Below are positions 18,455-28,457 of a stretch of 64,000 bases of DNA, piece after piece. The position numbers and the translations under genes are program-made. The DNA is taken from positions 2,842 through 66,841 of the forward strand of contig CALXSH010000004.1 in assembly GCA_944391065.1 (NCBI GenBank), in the 5' to 3' direction. Numbering within the stretch: position 1 is the first letter of the stretch; the number at the start of each line of letters is the position of its first letter. This stretch comes from an uncultured Kiritimatiellota bacterium (GTDB taxonomy: Bacteria; Verrucomicrobiota; Kiritimatiellia; RFP12; DVOR01). The notes beneath the pieces were generated by a model. That model was not told the origin of the DNA, did no database searches, and was given only the letters and a program-made list of their open reading frames with translations.

Positions 18455-19489
18455 GTGTCTTTCGCTTTTCCCTGGGCCTTTCTGTTGCTGATTCCGCTGG
18501 CTGTGGCGGTCTGGCGTATGCTGCGCCGGAAACGGTCGCGCGGCGTGCTCTTCGCCGATGCGACGGCACGGTTCGGCAACGTCGTGACGTGGCGCCATCG
18601 GGCGCTGCGGGTGCTTCCCTACGGCTTCCTGCTCGGCTGTCTGGCGCTGATCGTGGCGGCGGCGGGGCCGCGTTCCGAGCTGGCGCGCGAGGTGCGTGCC
18701 TCCGAGGCCTTGGCTGTGATGATGGCGGCGGACGTGTCTGGGTCGATGCGGGCTCTGGATCTGAGTGAGGGCTCCCGCGAGGTGACCCGGCTGGACGCGG
18801 TGAAGGCGTGTTTCCGTGACTTTGTCGACCGTCGGCCGGAGGATTTGATAGGGTTGGTCACGTTCGGCGGGTACGCCAGTGTCCGTTCGCCGCTGACGGC
18901 TGACCATCGGGCGCTGCTGCATACGCTCTCGGGCGTCAACCTACCCACCGAGGACGGGCTGGATGACCGCGGCCTGCCCGTTTCCGACGACGAACTGCTG
19001 ACAGCCATCGGCGACGGTTTGGCGCTCGCCCTCCTGCGTCTTCAGGACGCCGAGCCGAAGACGAAGATTGTCATTCTTCTCTCCGACGGTGAAAGCAACG
19101 CGGGTGCCGTGACGCCGACGGAGGCGGCATCCGCCGCTAAGGCCGCCGGCGTACGCGTCTATACAATCGGCGTCGGCAAGACGGGACGGACGAAAGTCCG
19201 TGCCCGCGATTTCGCCGGACGGAGCGTCCTGGCCGATGTCTTCATGACGCTTGACGAGGAGACGCTGAAGGCCATCGCGAAGGAGACGGGCGGGCGCTAT
19301 GCCAATGTTCGCTCGCAGGAGCAGCTTGAAGAGACGCTGCGACGCATCGGCGAACTCGAGACAACCCGCGTCGAGCGGGAGGTTTACACGCGCTACCGCG
19401 GGCAGAGTTTGCCGTGGGCGGTGGGCGGCGGCGCGCTGACGGCGCTTTCCGCGGCATTAACGCTGATTCTGGTCAGAAGGCCTGTATGA
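18455..19489 (+). CDS. batA: BatA-like vWA domain membrane protein
   Basis: F.FPW.FLLL N-terminus, MIDAS DVSGSM, DLIGLVTFGG, TAIGDGL, ILLSDGESNAG, C-terminal TM. GTG start at 18455 inferred. Confidence 0.8.
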   Translation: MSFAFPWAFLLLIPLAVAVWRMLRRKRSRGVLFADATARFGNVVTWRHRALRVLPYGFLLGCLALIVAAAGPRSELAREVRASEALAVMMAADVSGSMRALDLSEGSREVTRLDAVKACFRDFVDRRPEDLIGLVTFGGYASVRSPLTADHRALLHTLSGVNLPTEDGLDDRGLPVSDDELLTAIGDGLALALLRLQDAEPKTKIVILLSDGESNAGAVTPTEAASAAKAAGVRVYTIGVGKTGRTKVRARDFAGRSVLADVFMTLDEETLKAIAKETGGRYANVRSQEQLEETLRRIGELETTRVEREVYTRYRGQSLPWAVGGGALTALSAALTLILVRRPV

Positions 19490-21201
19490 CGGAGACCGCA
19501 ATCGGGCTGAGCGAACTCAGCCATGCCTTTGACACGATGCTCGGCGGGATCCCGCCGAAGACGCTGGAGGGGTTCGCCGAAAAGCGGAACCTGCTGTGCC
19601 AGGGCGGGTATCGTTCCGGCGGCAATCCGGCCCTGTTGCGGGCTTTGGTGGGCAACGCGCTGCGCGGCGGTCTGATGACCTACGACGCATCGTTGGCGGC
19701 CTTCCTGCGCGAACACGTGTCGGCCGTGCGGATGCTGACGATGCTGTCGCGCGAGGTGCTCGCCGACCGCCGATGTCAGTGGATGGGACTTTTCGGGAAG
19801 GCGTGTTTCATTTTGGCGCTCCTCTGCGACGCGCGTGAGGATGTGCGGACAGAGGCGATGGCCTGGGCCGCCTCTTCGGGTGCCGAGCTGCCCGACAGCG
19901 AGACGGCGCAGGCGGCCCTGAGCCGCCTCTTCGGGCCGGCTTTCAAGAGCGGCGAGGCCGTTGCCTCCTCCCGTGACCGCGAGAAGATCGGGCAGCTGAC
20001 CGAAGAGGTTCAGTCGCTGAAGAGCGAGCTTAAGACGGCCCGCCGCGAGCAAAGCGCCGCCGCGCGTAAAGAGGCCGCTGATCTGAAAGCCGAGCTGGCT
20101 ACGGCCAAGTACAATGTCGACGAACGCAACCGGACCATCGTTCAGCTCGAGAGCCGTCTGGCCAAGGAGGAGGAGACGCGCGAGGCGAAGGCCCGCTTAG
20201 CGGCGGCCGCGGCTCAGGTGCGGCTCTTCCGGGGTTGGCTCGAGCCGGCCATCCGCGCCGAGGCGGCGCTGGCTGAGCCCGGGCCGGCGGATTTGCGCGA
20301 ACGGGTCGAGGCGGCCTTGGACGCGCAGCTGAAGGCAGACCGGGCCGCGTCGGGTTCCGCCCGGCTGCGGGAACGCCTGGAGGGACTGACCGCGTTGGCG
20401 ATCCGCGTGGATGAGACCCTGCGGACGGCTCTGGTACCACAGCGCTCGCTGAAGCTGGCCCGGTCCGAACTGGAAGCCGAAATCCGACGCTTGGAGACGG
20501 CCTTGGGGAAGAAGGAGCAGTCGCCCGCGGCGACACTCCTGGAGACGCGCATCCATGCGGCGCTCCGGGAGGAGGAGTATGAGGCGTTGGGTGAGGCCAT
20601 TGCCCTCTTGGAGAGGCTTGCCCTCGTGACGGCCGATGAGGCCAAGGCCCTGCGCCGCCTGAGGGTGCGGCGGATGTCTGTGTGGGACGAGGCGCCGTTC
20701 GAGACCGACAAGAGTGCCGATCCCGACACGGCCTCCGCGGCCATCCTCCGCCGCAATCCCGAATTGGTCTCCGCGCTGCGCGGCGAGTCGGCACTCTTCC
20801 TTTTCCTGGATGGCCACAATATGCTCAACGGGCTTGGTCGCTACAAGCTCCGTCGCGGCGACGCCAAGACGCATGAGGACGCGCGGAAGATGCTGGAACG
20901 CGACATCCGCGTGCTGGTGGCACCCTTTCCGATGGTCTATGCCCACTTGGTCTGGGATGGGCCGACGATGAGCAGCTACAGCATTTCTGAGAATGTCGAG
21001 GGGCACTATTCCGGCGGCGAGGGCGAACACCGCGCCGATCGCTTCATCCTCGATCAGATCCGCTATTACGGTTCGCGCGAGTCGGTGGCGATGGTGCTGG
21101 TCACCGACGATATGGGATTTGCCGGCGAGGCCCGGAGACTGGGCGCGAAGAGTTGTCGGCTGCATGATTTCGGAGCTTTTCTGAATGGCCCTGCACGCTG
21201 A
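19486..21201 (+). CDS. Coiled-coil protein with C-terminal NYN/PIN-like (YacP-type) nuclease domain
   Basis: Central heptad-rich region; C-terminal LFLDGHNML...HLVWDG...ADRFI...LVTDDMGF acidic motifs. Confidence 0.65.
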   Translation: MTETAIGLSELSHAFDTMLGGIPPKTLEGFAEKRNLLCQGGYRSGGNPALLRALVGNALRGGLMTYDASLAAFLREHVSAVRMLTMLSREVLADRRCQWMGLFGKACFILALLCDAREDVRTEAMAWAASSGAELPDSETAQAALSRLFGPAFKSGEAVASSRDREKIGQLTEEVQSLKSELKTARREQSAAARKEAADLKAELATAKYNVDERNRTIVQLESRLAKEEETREAKARLAAAAAQVRLFRGWLEPAIRAEAALAEPGPADLRERVEAALDAQLKADRAASGSARLRERLEGLTALAIRVDETLRTALVPQRSLKLARSELEAEIRRLETALGKKEQSPAATLLETRIHAALREEEYEALGEAIALLERLALVTADEAKALRRLRVRRMSVWDEAPFETDKSADPDTASAAILRRNPELVSALRGESALFLFLDGHNMLNGLGRYKLRRGDAKTHEDARKMLERDIRVLVAPFPMVYAHLVWDGPTMSSYSISENVEGHYSGGEGEHRADRFILDQIRYYGSRESVAMVLVTDDMGFAGEARRLGAKSCRLHDFGAFLNGPAR

Positions 21202-22138
21202 ACCCCTGCCCCCGCAGTGGCAGGACTGGCGCTGGCAGCTGGCGCACGCGCGGACGGCCGCGGATTTCGGCGTGAAGGACCATCCGACCTTCCCGATGCG
21301 GGTAACGCCGTACTATGCCTCACTGGCCGATCTCTCCGATCCGGAGGATCCCATCCGGCTGCAGTTCATGGCCGATCCGCGCGAACTGATCGACGACGGT
21401 TACGGTCCTGATCCATTCGGCGAGCAGGGGGCGGCATCTTTGGCGCCGGGGATCCGGCAGCGCTTCGCCGACCGAATCTTGGCGATGATGAGTCTTGCCT
21501 GCTCTACCTATTGCCGCCACTGCACGCGCAAAGGGCTGCTGAGGGAGTGCCATACGGCAGACTTGGAGACTCTGGTGCGGTGTGTTGCCGAACGGCCCAA
21601 GGTCCGTGAGGTGCTGATTTCGGGCGGGGACCCTTTGATGAACAGCGACGCGGCGGTGCTGGCGTGGGTGGATCGGTTGGCGGGGGTGGAGCAGTTGGAT
21701 GCCATCCGGCTCTGCACGCGTATGCCGGCGGTGCTGCCGATGCGTATCACCGAGGCGTTGGCCGACGGATTGGCTAAGTCAGGACGGGTCTGGGTGCAGA
21801 CGCAGTTCAACCATCCCCGCGAACTGACGCCGGACGCGGTTACGGCCTGCGCGCGGTTGGTCTGCCGGGGGATTCCGGTTTCAAATCAGAGTGTCCTGCT
21901 GCACGGCGTCAATGATCGGCCGGAGGTCATGGCCGAGCTCTGCGCGAAACTGCAGCGGGCCCGGGTCAGGCCTTATTACATTTTCCGATGCGACCCAATC
22001 GCGGGCATCGCGCATTTCAGGACGCCGCCCGAAAAGGCGGCGGAGATCCGGGATTATCTGTTGGAGCATCTGGGGGGGCTGGCCTGTCCGCGCGTGGTGG
22101 CCGATCTGCCGGGAGCCCCCCATAAGCGTGACGTTTGA
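21185..22138 (+). CDS. KamA family radical SAM protein (lysine 2,3-aminomutase/EpmB-like)
   Basis: DWRWQL, TPYYASL, CSTYCRHCTR, EVLISGGDPL, FNHPREL, NQSVLL.GVND, PYYIFRCD. Confidence 0.9.
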   Translation: MALHAEPLPPQWQDWRWQLAHARTAADFGVKDHPTFPMRVTPYYASLADLSDPEDPIRLQFMADPRELIDDGYGPDPFGEQGAASLAPGIRQRFADRILAMMSLACSTYCRHCTRKGLLRECHTADLETLVRCVAERPKVREVLISGGDPLMNSDAAVLAWVDRLAGVEQLDAIRLCTRMPAVLPMRITEALADGLAKSGRVWVQTQFNHPRELTPDAVTACARLVCRGIPVSNQSVLLHGVNDRPEVMAELCAKLQRARVRPYYIFRCDPIAGIAHFRTPPEKAAEIRDYLLEHLGGLACPRVVADLPGAPHKRDV

Positions 22139-22155
22139 GAGGTCTCCGCCGACAA

Positions 22156-22860
22156 TCACTCTTTGGGCAGGTGGAGTCTGGGATAGCGGAAACGCCAGCG
22201 GTCACGGTGGGGGACCGTTTTGGCTTCGGGCAGACGGAAGCGGAAGCGCATGGCGATCATGCGCAGAAGCAGGGTGACGAGGGCTACAATCAGGAAGCGG
22301 CTGATGTAGGAGACATCGGGGAACCAGGTAATCAGACCGACGAAGATCAGACCGCCGATGAGGGACGCCGTGGCGTAGAAATCGCTGCGCAGGACCGCCG
22401 GGATTCGCATGACGAAGAGGTCGCGCAGGACCCCGCCGCCGACCGCGGTGATGACGCCGCAGAGCGTGATGGCAACCCCGCCGCAGCCATGCTGAAGGGC
22501 TTTCTCGGCGCCGATGGCAGTGAAGACGCCAAGGCCGAGGGCGTCCAGAACGGGAATAATGTTCCAGCGATCGTCCAGACGGGGCGCGAGGAAGAACATG
22601 GCCGCCCCGCAGAGCGCGCAGAGAATGATGTATCGGGAGTCCATGAAGGCCGCGACCGGCGTGGCGCCGATCAGGGCGTCACGGGTCATGCCACCGCCGA
22701 CGCCGACGGCGCAGGCCAGAACCAGGATGCCCAGAAAGTCGAGCCGCGCGCGGAAGCCGCGCAGGGCACCGGTAATGGCAAAGACAGCCGTGCCGAAGAG
22801 GTCCAGCGACAGAATGACGGTGTGCTGGTGGGCCGTGAGGAAGTCCATGAGGATGCGCAT
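22156..22860 (-). CDS. Trimeric intracellular cation channel (UPF0126/YadS) family membrane protein
   Basis: DLFGTAVFAITGA, GGGMTRD, DALGLGVF, GGGVLRD repeats. Confidence 0.88.
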   Translation of the reverse strand: MRILMDFLTAHQHTVILSLDLFGTAVFAITGALRGFRARLDFLGILVLACAVGVGGGMTRDALIGATPVAAFMDSRYIILCALCGAAMFFLAPRLDDRWNIIPVLDALGLGVFTAIGAEKALQHGCGGVAITLCGVITAVGGGVLRDLFVMRIPAVLRSDFYATASLIGGLIFVGLITWFPDVSYISRFLIVALVTLLLRMIAMRFRFRLPEAKTVPHRDRWRFRYPRLHLPKE

Positions 22861-22887
22861 AGCGTCTCTCCCATCGTTGTGTCGGAA

Positions 22888-23736
22888 TCAGGACCTGGGA
22901 CATGCCAGACGCACCGCCTCGATGCGTGAAGCCATTCCCCGCAGAATGTTTTTGAGCAGACGGTCAAGGACGCTGTTTTCGGTGTAGTCGGCAGGCGCGA
23001 CGTAGGTGACGCGCTGCTGCCGCAGCAGGGCCTCGACGGCTTTCCGGGCCTTGCTCCGCGGAGCGTAGACGCCGATGGAGGTGCCGCCCTGCGAATTGAT
23101 CATCTTCATGGCCGGCACGTCGGTGTGACCGTCTCCGAGGTAGACCATGTTGGCAAAGGGGACGGGTCGGTCCTCCATCGGCATATAGTTGTTGATGCAT
23201 GCGTTGTCCCAAGCGTTCTCGATGCCCTTGTTGATACGGAAGAGGTATTGCGTCTTCGTCGTGTAATTGATGGCGATGGCCGGCCAGACGGGGACGTCAT
23301 TGGCGTCGTAAATGAAGGACGAGGCATAGATATAGCGGAAGTGTCCGGCGATGGCGGACCCCTCAATCATCTCTTTGGTGCCGGAAGAGATGACATAGTG
23401 ATCGAGCTGCAATCCGAGCTCTTGGGCGAAGGCGTTGATGCGGTCGAAGTAGGTCTCCACGCCGCTGAAGTAACGGACGTTGCGGCCATGGGCGGCCAGG
23501 TCCTCGCGGCGGAAGGGAATGCCGCGCTCCTTCGCTTTGGTAATCAGCAGATACATATAGGCCAGGATGGCGTCGGTCTCTTGGCTGCGGGCGAGCGCCT
23601 CCACCTCGTCCCAGAAGCGGCGACGGGCGATGCCGAGACGCGGCAGGAAGGAGTTTTCCTGGATGTTGCCCTTCGCCAGGGTGCCGTCAAAGTCGTAGAC
23701 GAAGGCGACGCGTGTTTTGACCGGATGGGATTTCAT
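22888..23736 (-). CDS. HAD family hydrolase
   Basis: YDFDGTL motif I, YVISSG, TTKTQYLFRINKG, YLGDGHTDVPAM. Confidence 0.85.
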   Translation of the reverse strand: MKSHPVKTRVAFVYDFDGTLAKGNIQENSFLPRLGIARRRFWDEVEALARSQETDAILAYMYLLITKAKERGIPFRREDLAAHGRNVRYFSGVETYFDRINAFAQELGLQLDHYVISSGTKEMIEGSAIAGHFRYIYASSFIYDANDVPVWPAIAINYTTKTQYLFRINKGIENAWDNACINNYMPMEDRPVPFANMVYLGDGHTDVPAMKMINSQGGTSIGVYAPRSKARKAVEALLRQQRVTYVAPADYTENSVLDRLLKNILRGMASRIEAVRLACPRS

Positions 23737-24713
23737 GGCGTTAGCATAGCACTTTCGGCGGAGGTCGGAGCGGCCGCGGCGGCCTTCAGCGTGTTCAGCG
23801 CGGCACGGATGTCGTCGAGCGTCTTCAGGTTCATCAGGCTGCCGCGGAGGCGGTTGGCGCCGGGGAGGCCCTTGAAATAGCGGAAGAGATGACGGCGGAA
23901 GGTCAGGACAGTGGACTCTTCCGGGGTGATGTGGGAAAAGGCCGCCGCGAGGGAGCGGTAACGCAGTTCAAGCTCTAGGTGACGTTCGGTCAATTCGAAG
24001 GGGTCAGCGTGGCCGTAGGAAAAGACGGCGGGATTCTCCAGCGCCGCGCGCGCAATCAGCAGGGCGTGGACGCCGGTGGCGGCCATGGCCTCAGCGGAGG
24101 CGCGGTCGGTGACGGAACCATTGCCGCAGATAGGCAGCGCAGTGGCGGCGACGGCCTTGCGCAGGGTGTCCAAATCTGTCGGGCCGGTGTGGCCCTGTGA
24201 GGTGTAGCGGGCATGGAAGGCAACGGAGACGACGCCGGCGTCTTCGGCCATGCGGAGCGTTTCACGCCAAGTGGGCACGTGGGGGTTGGGACCGAGGCGG
24301 GTCTTGACGCTGACGGGCAGGGCGACAGCCTTGGCGACGGCTTTCATCAGTGCACCGAAGCGCGGCAGGTCCCGCAGGAGCGCCGACCCGGCGCCCTGGG
24401 CCGTAATGCGGGGCACGGGGCACCCGGCATTGATGTCAATGCCTTCAAAGCGCCCCATGGCCTCAACGCGGCGGGCCGCCTCCGCGAGGCGCTCGGGATC
24501 GTGACCATAGAGATGGGCCCAGACGTGGCGCTCCTCGGGGAAGGTCTCCAGCAGAAAGAGCGTCTTTGAGGAACCCCGGCAGATGCCCTCGGCATTGACC
24601 ATCTCGGTGTAGGTGCGCGCCGCGCCGCAGGCCTCGCACAGGACGCGCATGGCCGGGGTCGTGAACTCGGCCATGGGCGCCAGGAAAAGGGGGATCATTT
24701 CTGCCTGAGCCAT
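23733..24713 (-). CDS. dus: tRNA-dihydrouridine synthase
   Basis: LAPMAEFT, YTEMV, IDINAGCP, VSVKTRLG, HAR, GNG motifs. Confidence 0.9.
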   Translation of the reverse strand: MAQAEMIPLFLAPMAEFTTPAMRVLCEACGAARTYTEMVNAEGICRGSSKTLFLLETFPEERHVWAHLYGHDPERLAEAARRVEAMGRFEGIDINAGCPVPRITAQGAGSALLRDLPRFGALMKAVAKAVALPVSVKTRLGPNPHVPTWRETLRMAEDAGVVSVAFHARYTSQGHTGPTDLDTLRKAVAATALPICGNGSVTDRASAEAMAATGVHALLIARAALENPAVFSYGHADPFELTERHLELELRYRSLAAAFSHITPEESTVLTFRRHLFRYFKGLPGANRLRGSLMNLKTLDDIRAALNTLKAAAAAPTSAESAMLTP

Positions 24714-25993
24714 CCGAAGGCCGATCCTCTGCCGGTGGGCTTGGCGGACGGCGGCTCCCCGAAGTCGGCGGCGTCCGCGGCGAAGGTGCCGGCGGAGCGC
24801 TCGAGTTCCTCGATGCGCCGCAGGAGCTGCTCCTGGATATGCATGAATTCCTGATGGTCGGCGTCGCGGGCGCGGCGCTCGCGGTCGAAGGCGGCGGCGG
24901 TCTCGCGGAGTTTCTCGCCGAGTCTGGCAGAATCCAGCGTACGCTGTTCGGCGGCCTCCATCTGACCGCGCAGGTCCTGCTCGCGGGACTCGAGGGCCAC
25001 CAAGCGCTTCTGGAGTTCGGATTCTCGGGAAAGGGCGTTGGAGAGGCTCTTCTCGAGTTCATGGGCGCGCTCGTTGGGCATATTGCGCAGCGACAGGGAG
25101 GCGATGCGTCCGTCACGCAGGGCCATCTCGCGCATATGCTCGGGGGAGTCGCCCATCAGTTTACGGATTTCGAGGAGGCGTTCGGAGAAGTGCAGCATAC
25201 GGGCGCGGGTTATTTCGCGCAGGCGGTCAAGCAGCAGCTGCTCCTCGTCCTGGCCCTTGCGGAGGCAGTCGGCCTCCTTGGAGAGAATGGCAAAGGTGAT
25301 GGCGTCGGGACTCTCGGCGGAGGCTTCGGCGGGCGCGGACTCCTTGGCGGCCAGCGCCGTCTCAAGGGTCTCGATGCGCTGGCGGAGTTCGCTTTCGCGC
25401 TTGGCGGCCGCGTCTGCCGCGGCCATGGCCTCGTCGGAGGCGCGCCGGAGCTCGTCGCGCAGGCGTTCGGCCTCGGCGGCAAGGGACTCGGGGTCGGGAC
25501 GGCCCTCAACATTGAGCTCGTCCTGGCGGAGGGTGGCGAGTTCCTCGTTCAGCTCTTCGATTTTGCGGTCGCGCTGGCGGAGTTCCTTCTCCAGCATGGC
25601 GGCCTGCGTCCGCAGTTCGTCATAGGCCTCCTGCGAGACGCCGGGCTGCGTCTCCTGCGGAAGGGGAAGGTCCACGGAGACGGGGGCCGTGCCGGGGTCT
25701 TGGGAGAGAACCGCTTCGCGCGGGAAATTCCCCGCGGCGATGAAGCGCTCCGCGGCACTGCGGGTGACGGGCCCGTAGGGCGGGCAGGCTGGCGAGAGGA
25801 TGTACCATGTCATGCCGAGCTCGGGAAGGGCTTCGGCCGGGACCCAATGCTCGCCGTCGGCGGAGATCAGAAAACCGGGGCGGATGACGCCGGAGGCGGC
25901 CCACTGGACCAGGAGCGCCGTCGGAATGCCGTTTGTGCTGGTGTCGGCTCCGGGGTCCCGCAGGGACCAGCGCCTGGGATCAGGCTCACTCAT
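24695..25993 (-). CDS. Hypothetical coiled-coil protein with N-terminal GYF-like repeats
   Basis: N-terminal W...YGPV motifs followed by a long E/R/L-rich coiled coil; start set at MSEPDPRRW. Confidence 0.6.
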   Translation of the reverse strand: MSEPDPRRWSLRDPGADTSTNGIPTALLVQWAASGVIRPGFLISADGEHWVPAEALPELGMTWYILSPACPPYGPVTRSAAERFIAAGNFPREAVLSQDPGTAPVSVDLPLPQETQPGVSQEAYDELRTQAAMLEKELRQRDRKIEELNEELATLRQDELNVEGRPDPESLAAEAERLRDELRRASDEAMAAADAAAKRESELRQRIETLETALAAKESAPAEASAESPDAITFAILSKEADCLRKGQDEEQLLLDRLREITRARMLHFSERLLEIRKLMGDSPEHMREMALRDGRIASLSLRNMPNERAHELEKSLSNALSRESELQKRLVALESREQDLRGQMEAAEQRTLDSARLGEKLRETAAAFDRERRARDADHQEFMHIQEQLLRRIEELERSAGTFAADAADFGEPPSAKPTGRGSAFGWLRQK

Positions 25994-26261
25994 GGGCGGT
26001 CTCTCCGGCGGCGCGGCGCGCGCCGAGGGCGGCCACGGCGTCCTGGCGGACGTCGAAGACCTCGTCGTCGGCGGCAAGGGTCCGCAACATGGCCTTGCGG
26101 AGATGTTCGCGGGTGGCGTCGAGCTCCTCCTGCACGGTCATCAGGGTGGCCTTGGCAATCAGCAGTTCGCGTTCCCAACGGTCCTTGGTTTTCTTCAGTT
26201 CGGCCTTAAGGGCGTCATTTTCGGCGCGGAGCGCCGCGATTTCTTCGTTATCGCTAGCCAT
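25986..26261 (-). CDS. Small coiled-coil hypothetical protein
   Basis: RBS GAGGT, overlap with the downstream gene, host-like codon usage. Confidence 0.65.
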   Translation of the reverse strand: MASDNEEIAALRAENDALKAELKKTKDRWERELLIAKATLMTVQEELDATREHLRKAMLRTLAADDEVFDVRQDAVAALGARRAAGETAHE

Positions 26262-26291
26262 GGATGTTACCTCGTTTTGGCGTACTGACGG

Positions 26292-27029
26292 TCAGAGAGC
26301 GCTCTTTGTGCCGAGACGCGAAGAGCGGATGAGGGTGGCCTCGCTGACGGCTTCCTCGCTGTTGTTGGCGTAGGAGAGCGCAAGGGCGACGGCAGCTTCT
26401 TTCTGTGCGGCGCGGTAGAGTTCGTTGAAGATTTTGGCGGCCGTGAAGGCCGTACCGGCGTGGCGCATGGCCTGGGCGCAGCGGAGTGCCTCGTTGGCGG
26501 CCGCCTCGCGGTTGCCGGCGTCATAAAGCGCCCGGATGCCGAGCGTCCACTTGGTCAGTGTCACGTCATAGAGACGCGGAGCGCCGCGAAGATGCCTGGC
26601 AAAGAGGAGATTGTAGCGGGAACGCAGATCGGCCGGCCAGCCGTGGGGATCGAGATCGTAGAGAACGTCCAGCGCGAATTCGGGCTGCAGGGCCTCGGCG
26701 ATGGTGAGTTCGGCGTCGGCCACCTCGGCCTCCGTCCAGCGGTCGGAAGGACGGGTCCAAGCCTGCTGCAGACGGCGGAATTCGCCGTTCTGCGTGCCTT
26801 CGGCCAAGGCGATGCGGAGCTCAAGCGTGCGGCGGCTGAGTTCGGTCCAAGGGATATCGCAGCCGTCGGCGCGCTTCAGCAGCGAACGGGCCCTGCTGTA
26901 CTGGCCGGCGTCGAAGGCGACGCGGGCCTGCGTGCGCCACGAAGCGTCCGCCGTCACGGCGGACTGACGGATGCAGCCGCCGAAGAGAAGGGCGGAGCCG
27001 AGGAGTGACAGGAAAAGGGTCTTTCGCAT
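26292..27029 (-). CDS. Hypothetical lipoprotein (helical-repeat-like)
   Basis: Lipobox LFGGC after the signal peptide; RBS present. Confidence 0.7.
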   Translation of the reverse strand: MRKTLFLSLLGSALLFGGCIRQSAVTADASWRTQARVAFDAGQYSRARSLLKRADGCDIPWTELSRRTLELRIALAEGTQNGEFRRLQQAWTRPSDRWTEAEVADAELTIAEALQPEFALDVLYDLDPHGWPADLRSRYNLLFARHLRGAPRLYDVTLTKWTLGIRALYDAGNREAAANEALRCAQAMRHAGTAFTAAKIFNELYRAAQKEAAVALALSYANNSEEAVSEATLIRSSRLGTKSAL

Positions 27030-27079
27030 AGTCTGGTTGCCTCTTTTTGGTTACCTTCCTGTATGTTGTCTTTAGCATA

Positions 27080-28165
27080 TCAAAAAGAGGGACTTGGGGC
27101 GAGCCGTACGGCGATGCGGCTCCAGTCAAACCGCGCCTCGGCCCCGTCAAAGAGAGGCGCGAACCGGGCTTCCCGCGCGTTTGACGTCAGCGCGGCCATC
27201 CGGCACAGCGCGTCACGCAGCGCCTCCGCCGTGGGCGCCACGCGGAAGTCCCCGAGTTCCGGCCACGGAACGCCCTCGGCGCAGATGACCGGCGTACGAC
27301 AGCAGAGAGCCTCTGCGACGGCGATGCCGAAGTTCTCCCCGCGTGAGGGCAAGACAAGACAGGCAGCCGTCCGCAGAGCGCGGGCCTTCGCTTCGGGCCC
27401 GAGAAGGCCGAGGTAAATGATGCCGCCGCCCTGGGGAACCGGAGCGCCGTCCGGCGGGCCGGCGATTTCCAGCGTCCAACCTTGGGCGGCCAAGCCGGAA
27501 GCGTTCCAGGCGGCCTCCAGCAGGTCGAGGCCTTTGAGCGGATGGAGGCGGCCCAGAAAGAGAAAGGTCCTGCGGCGGGGCAGGGGCGGGGCGGGATCCG
27601 GCGGCAGCGTCACGCCGTCGGGAACGGTGACAATCGGCGGGCAGTCCGCTCCCAGAAGCCGTCTCGTCCGATCTGCCTCCGCCGCCGAGCAGGCATGCAG
27701 CCGCGCCGCGCGGCAGAGCAGGGGGCGGAAGGTGCGCCTCCAGACCCAACGCCGCAGGGCCGCGTGGCGCGTAAAGAGAGCCTCGCCGAGTGCACCGTGG
27801 AGGGACCACTGCAGCGGCAGACTAAGCCGCCCGGCAGCGCGGGCGGCCGCGAAGACAGGCTGGCTCCAGCCGCCGTGCAGATGGACATGGGTGACCGTCC
27901 GCATCAGGCGCGGCAGGGCAAAAGGAAGGGTGGGGGAGAGATAGAGCGCAGCCGGAGGCATCGGGCGGAAGGTCCGGATCGTGAGGGTCTCGGGCGGATT
28001 GTCCGTCAGCAACGGGTGGAGCGGATGGCCGGAGAGGCAGGCCACGGTTATCCGCAGGCCGGACTTCGCCTGGGCGACAGCCAACGAAGCCATGGCCTCC
28101 GAAAGACCGCCGCCGTCGGCCCAGCAGCCGGCCGAGAGGTGAAGAATATGGGGCGCACGCTTCAT
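27080..28165 (-). CDS. Glycosyltransferase family 4
   Basis: FLGRLHPLKGLDLL, LPSRGENFGIAVAEAL. Confidence 0.88.
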   Translation of the reverse strand: MKRAPHILHLSAGCWADGGGLSEAMASLAVAQAKSGLRITVACLSGHPLHPLLTDNPPETLTIRTFRPMPPAALYLSPTLPFALPRLMRTVTHVHLHGGWSQPVFAAARAAGRLSLPLQWSLHGALGEALFTRHAALRRWVWRRTFRPLLCRAARLHACSAAEADRTRRLLGADCPPIVTVPDGVTLPPDPAPPLPRRRTFLFLGRLHPLKGLDLLEAAWNASGLAAQGWTLEIAGPPDGAPVPQGGGIIYLGLLGPEAKARALRTAACLVLPSRGENFGIAVAEALCCRTPVICAEGVPWPELGDFRVAPTAEALRDALCRMAALTSNAREARFAPLFDGAEARFDWSRIAVRLAPSPSF

Positions 28166-28457
28166 GACTGACGCGAAAAATCCGTTTGGATGAACTCTTT
28201 CGCGGAGTTTAGCATATTTTCCCGATAGTGTGATATGCCCAAGAATAACGCGGGCGTTGACAGGGAAGCGCCGTCACTTGCTATTCGAAATGGGCGGATC
28301 CTGGGTGCCTTCGCGCGGGGAGAGGCACACTGCCTCCTTTGGCCGGAGGTCCCCCACCCATGCGTCTGAAGATCCCGGAAGGGGGACCGGGGGACGGCAC
28401 GAAAAGGATTTGCGGTAAGGTCACTTCTGACCGAAAGTGCGGCCAAGAGAGACTCGC

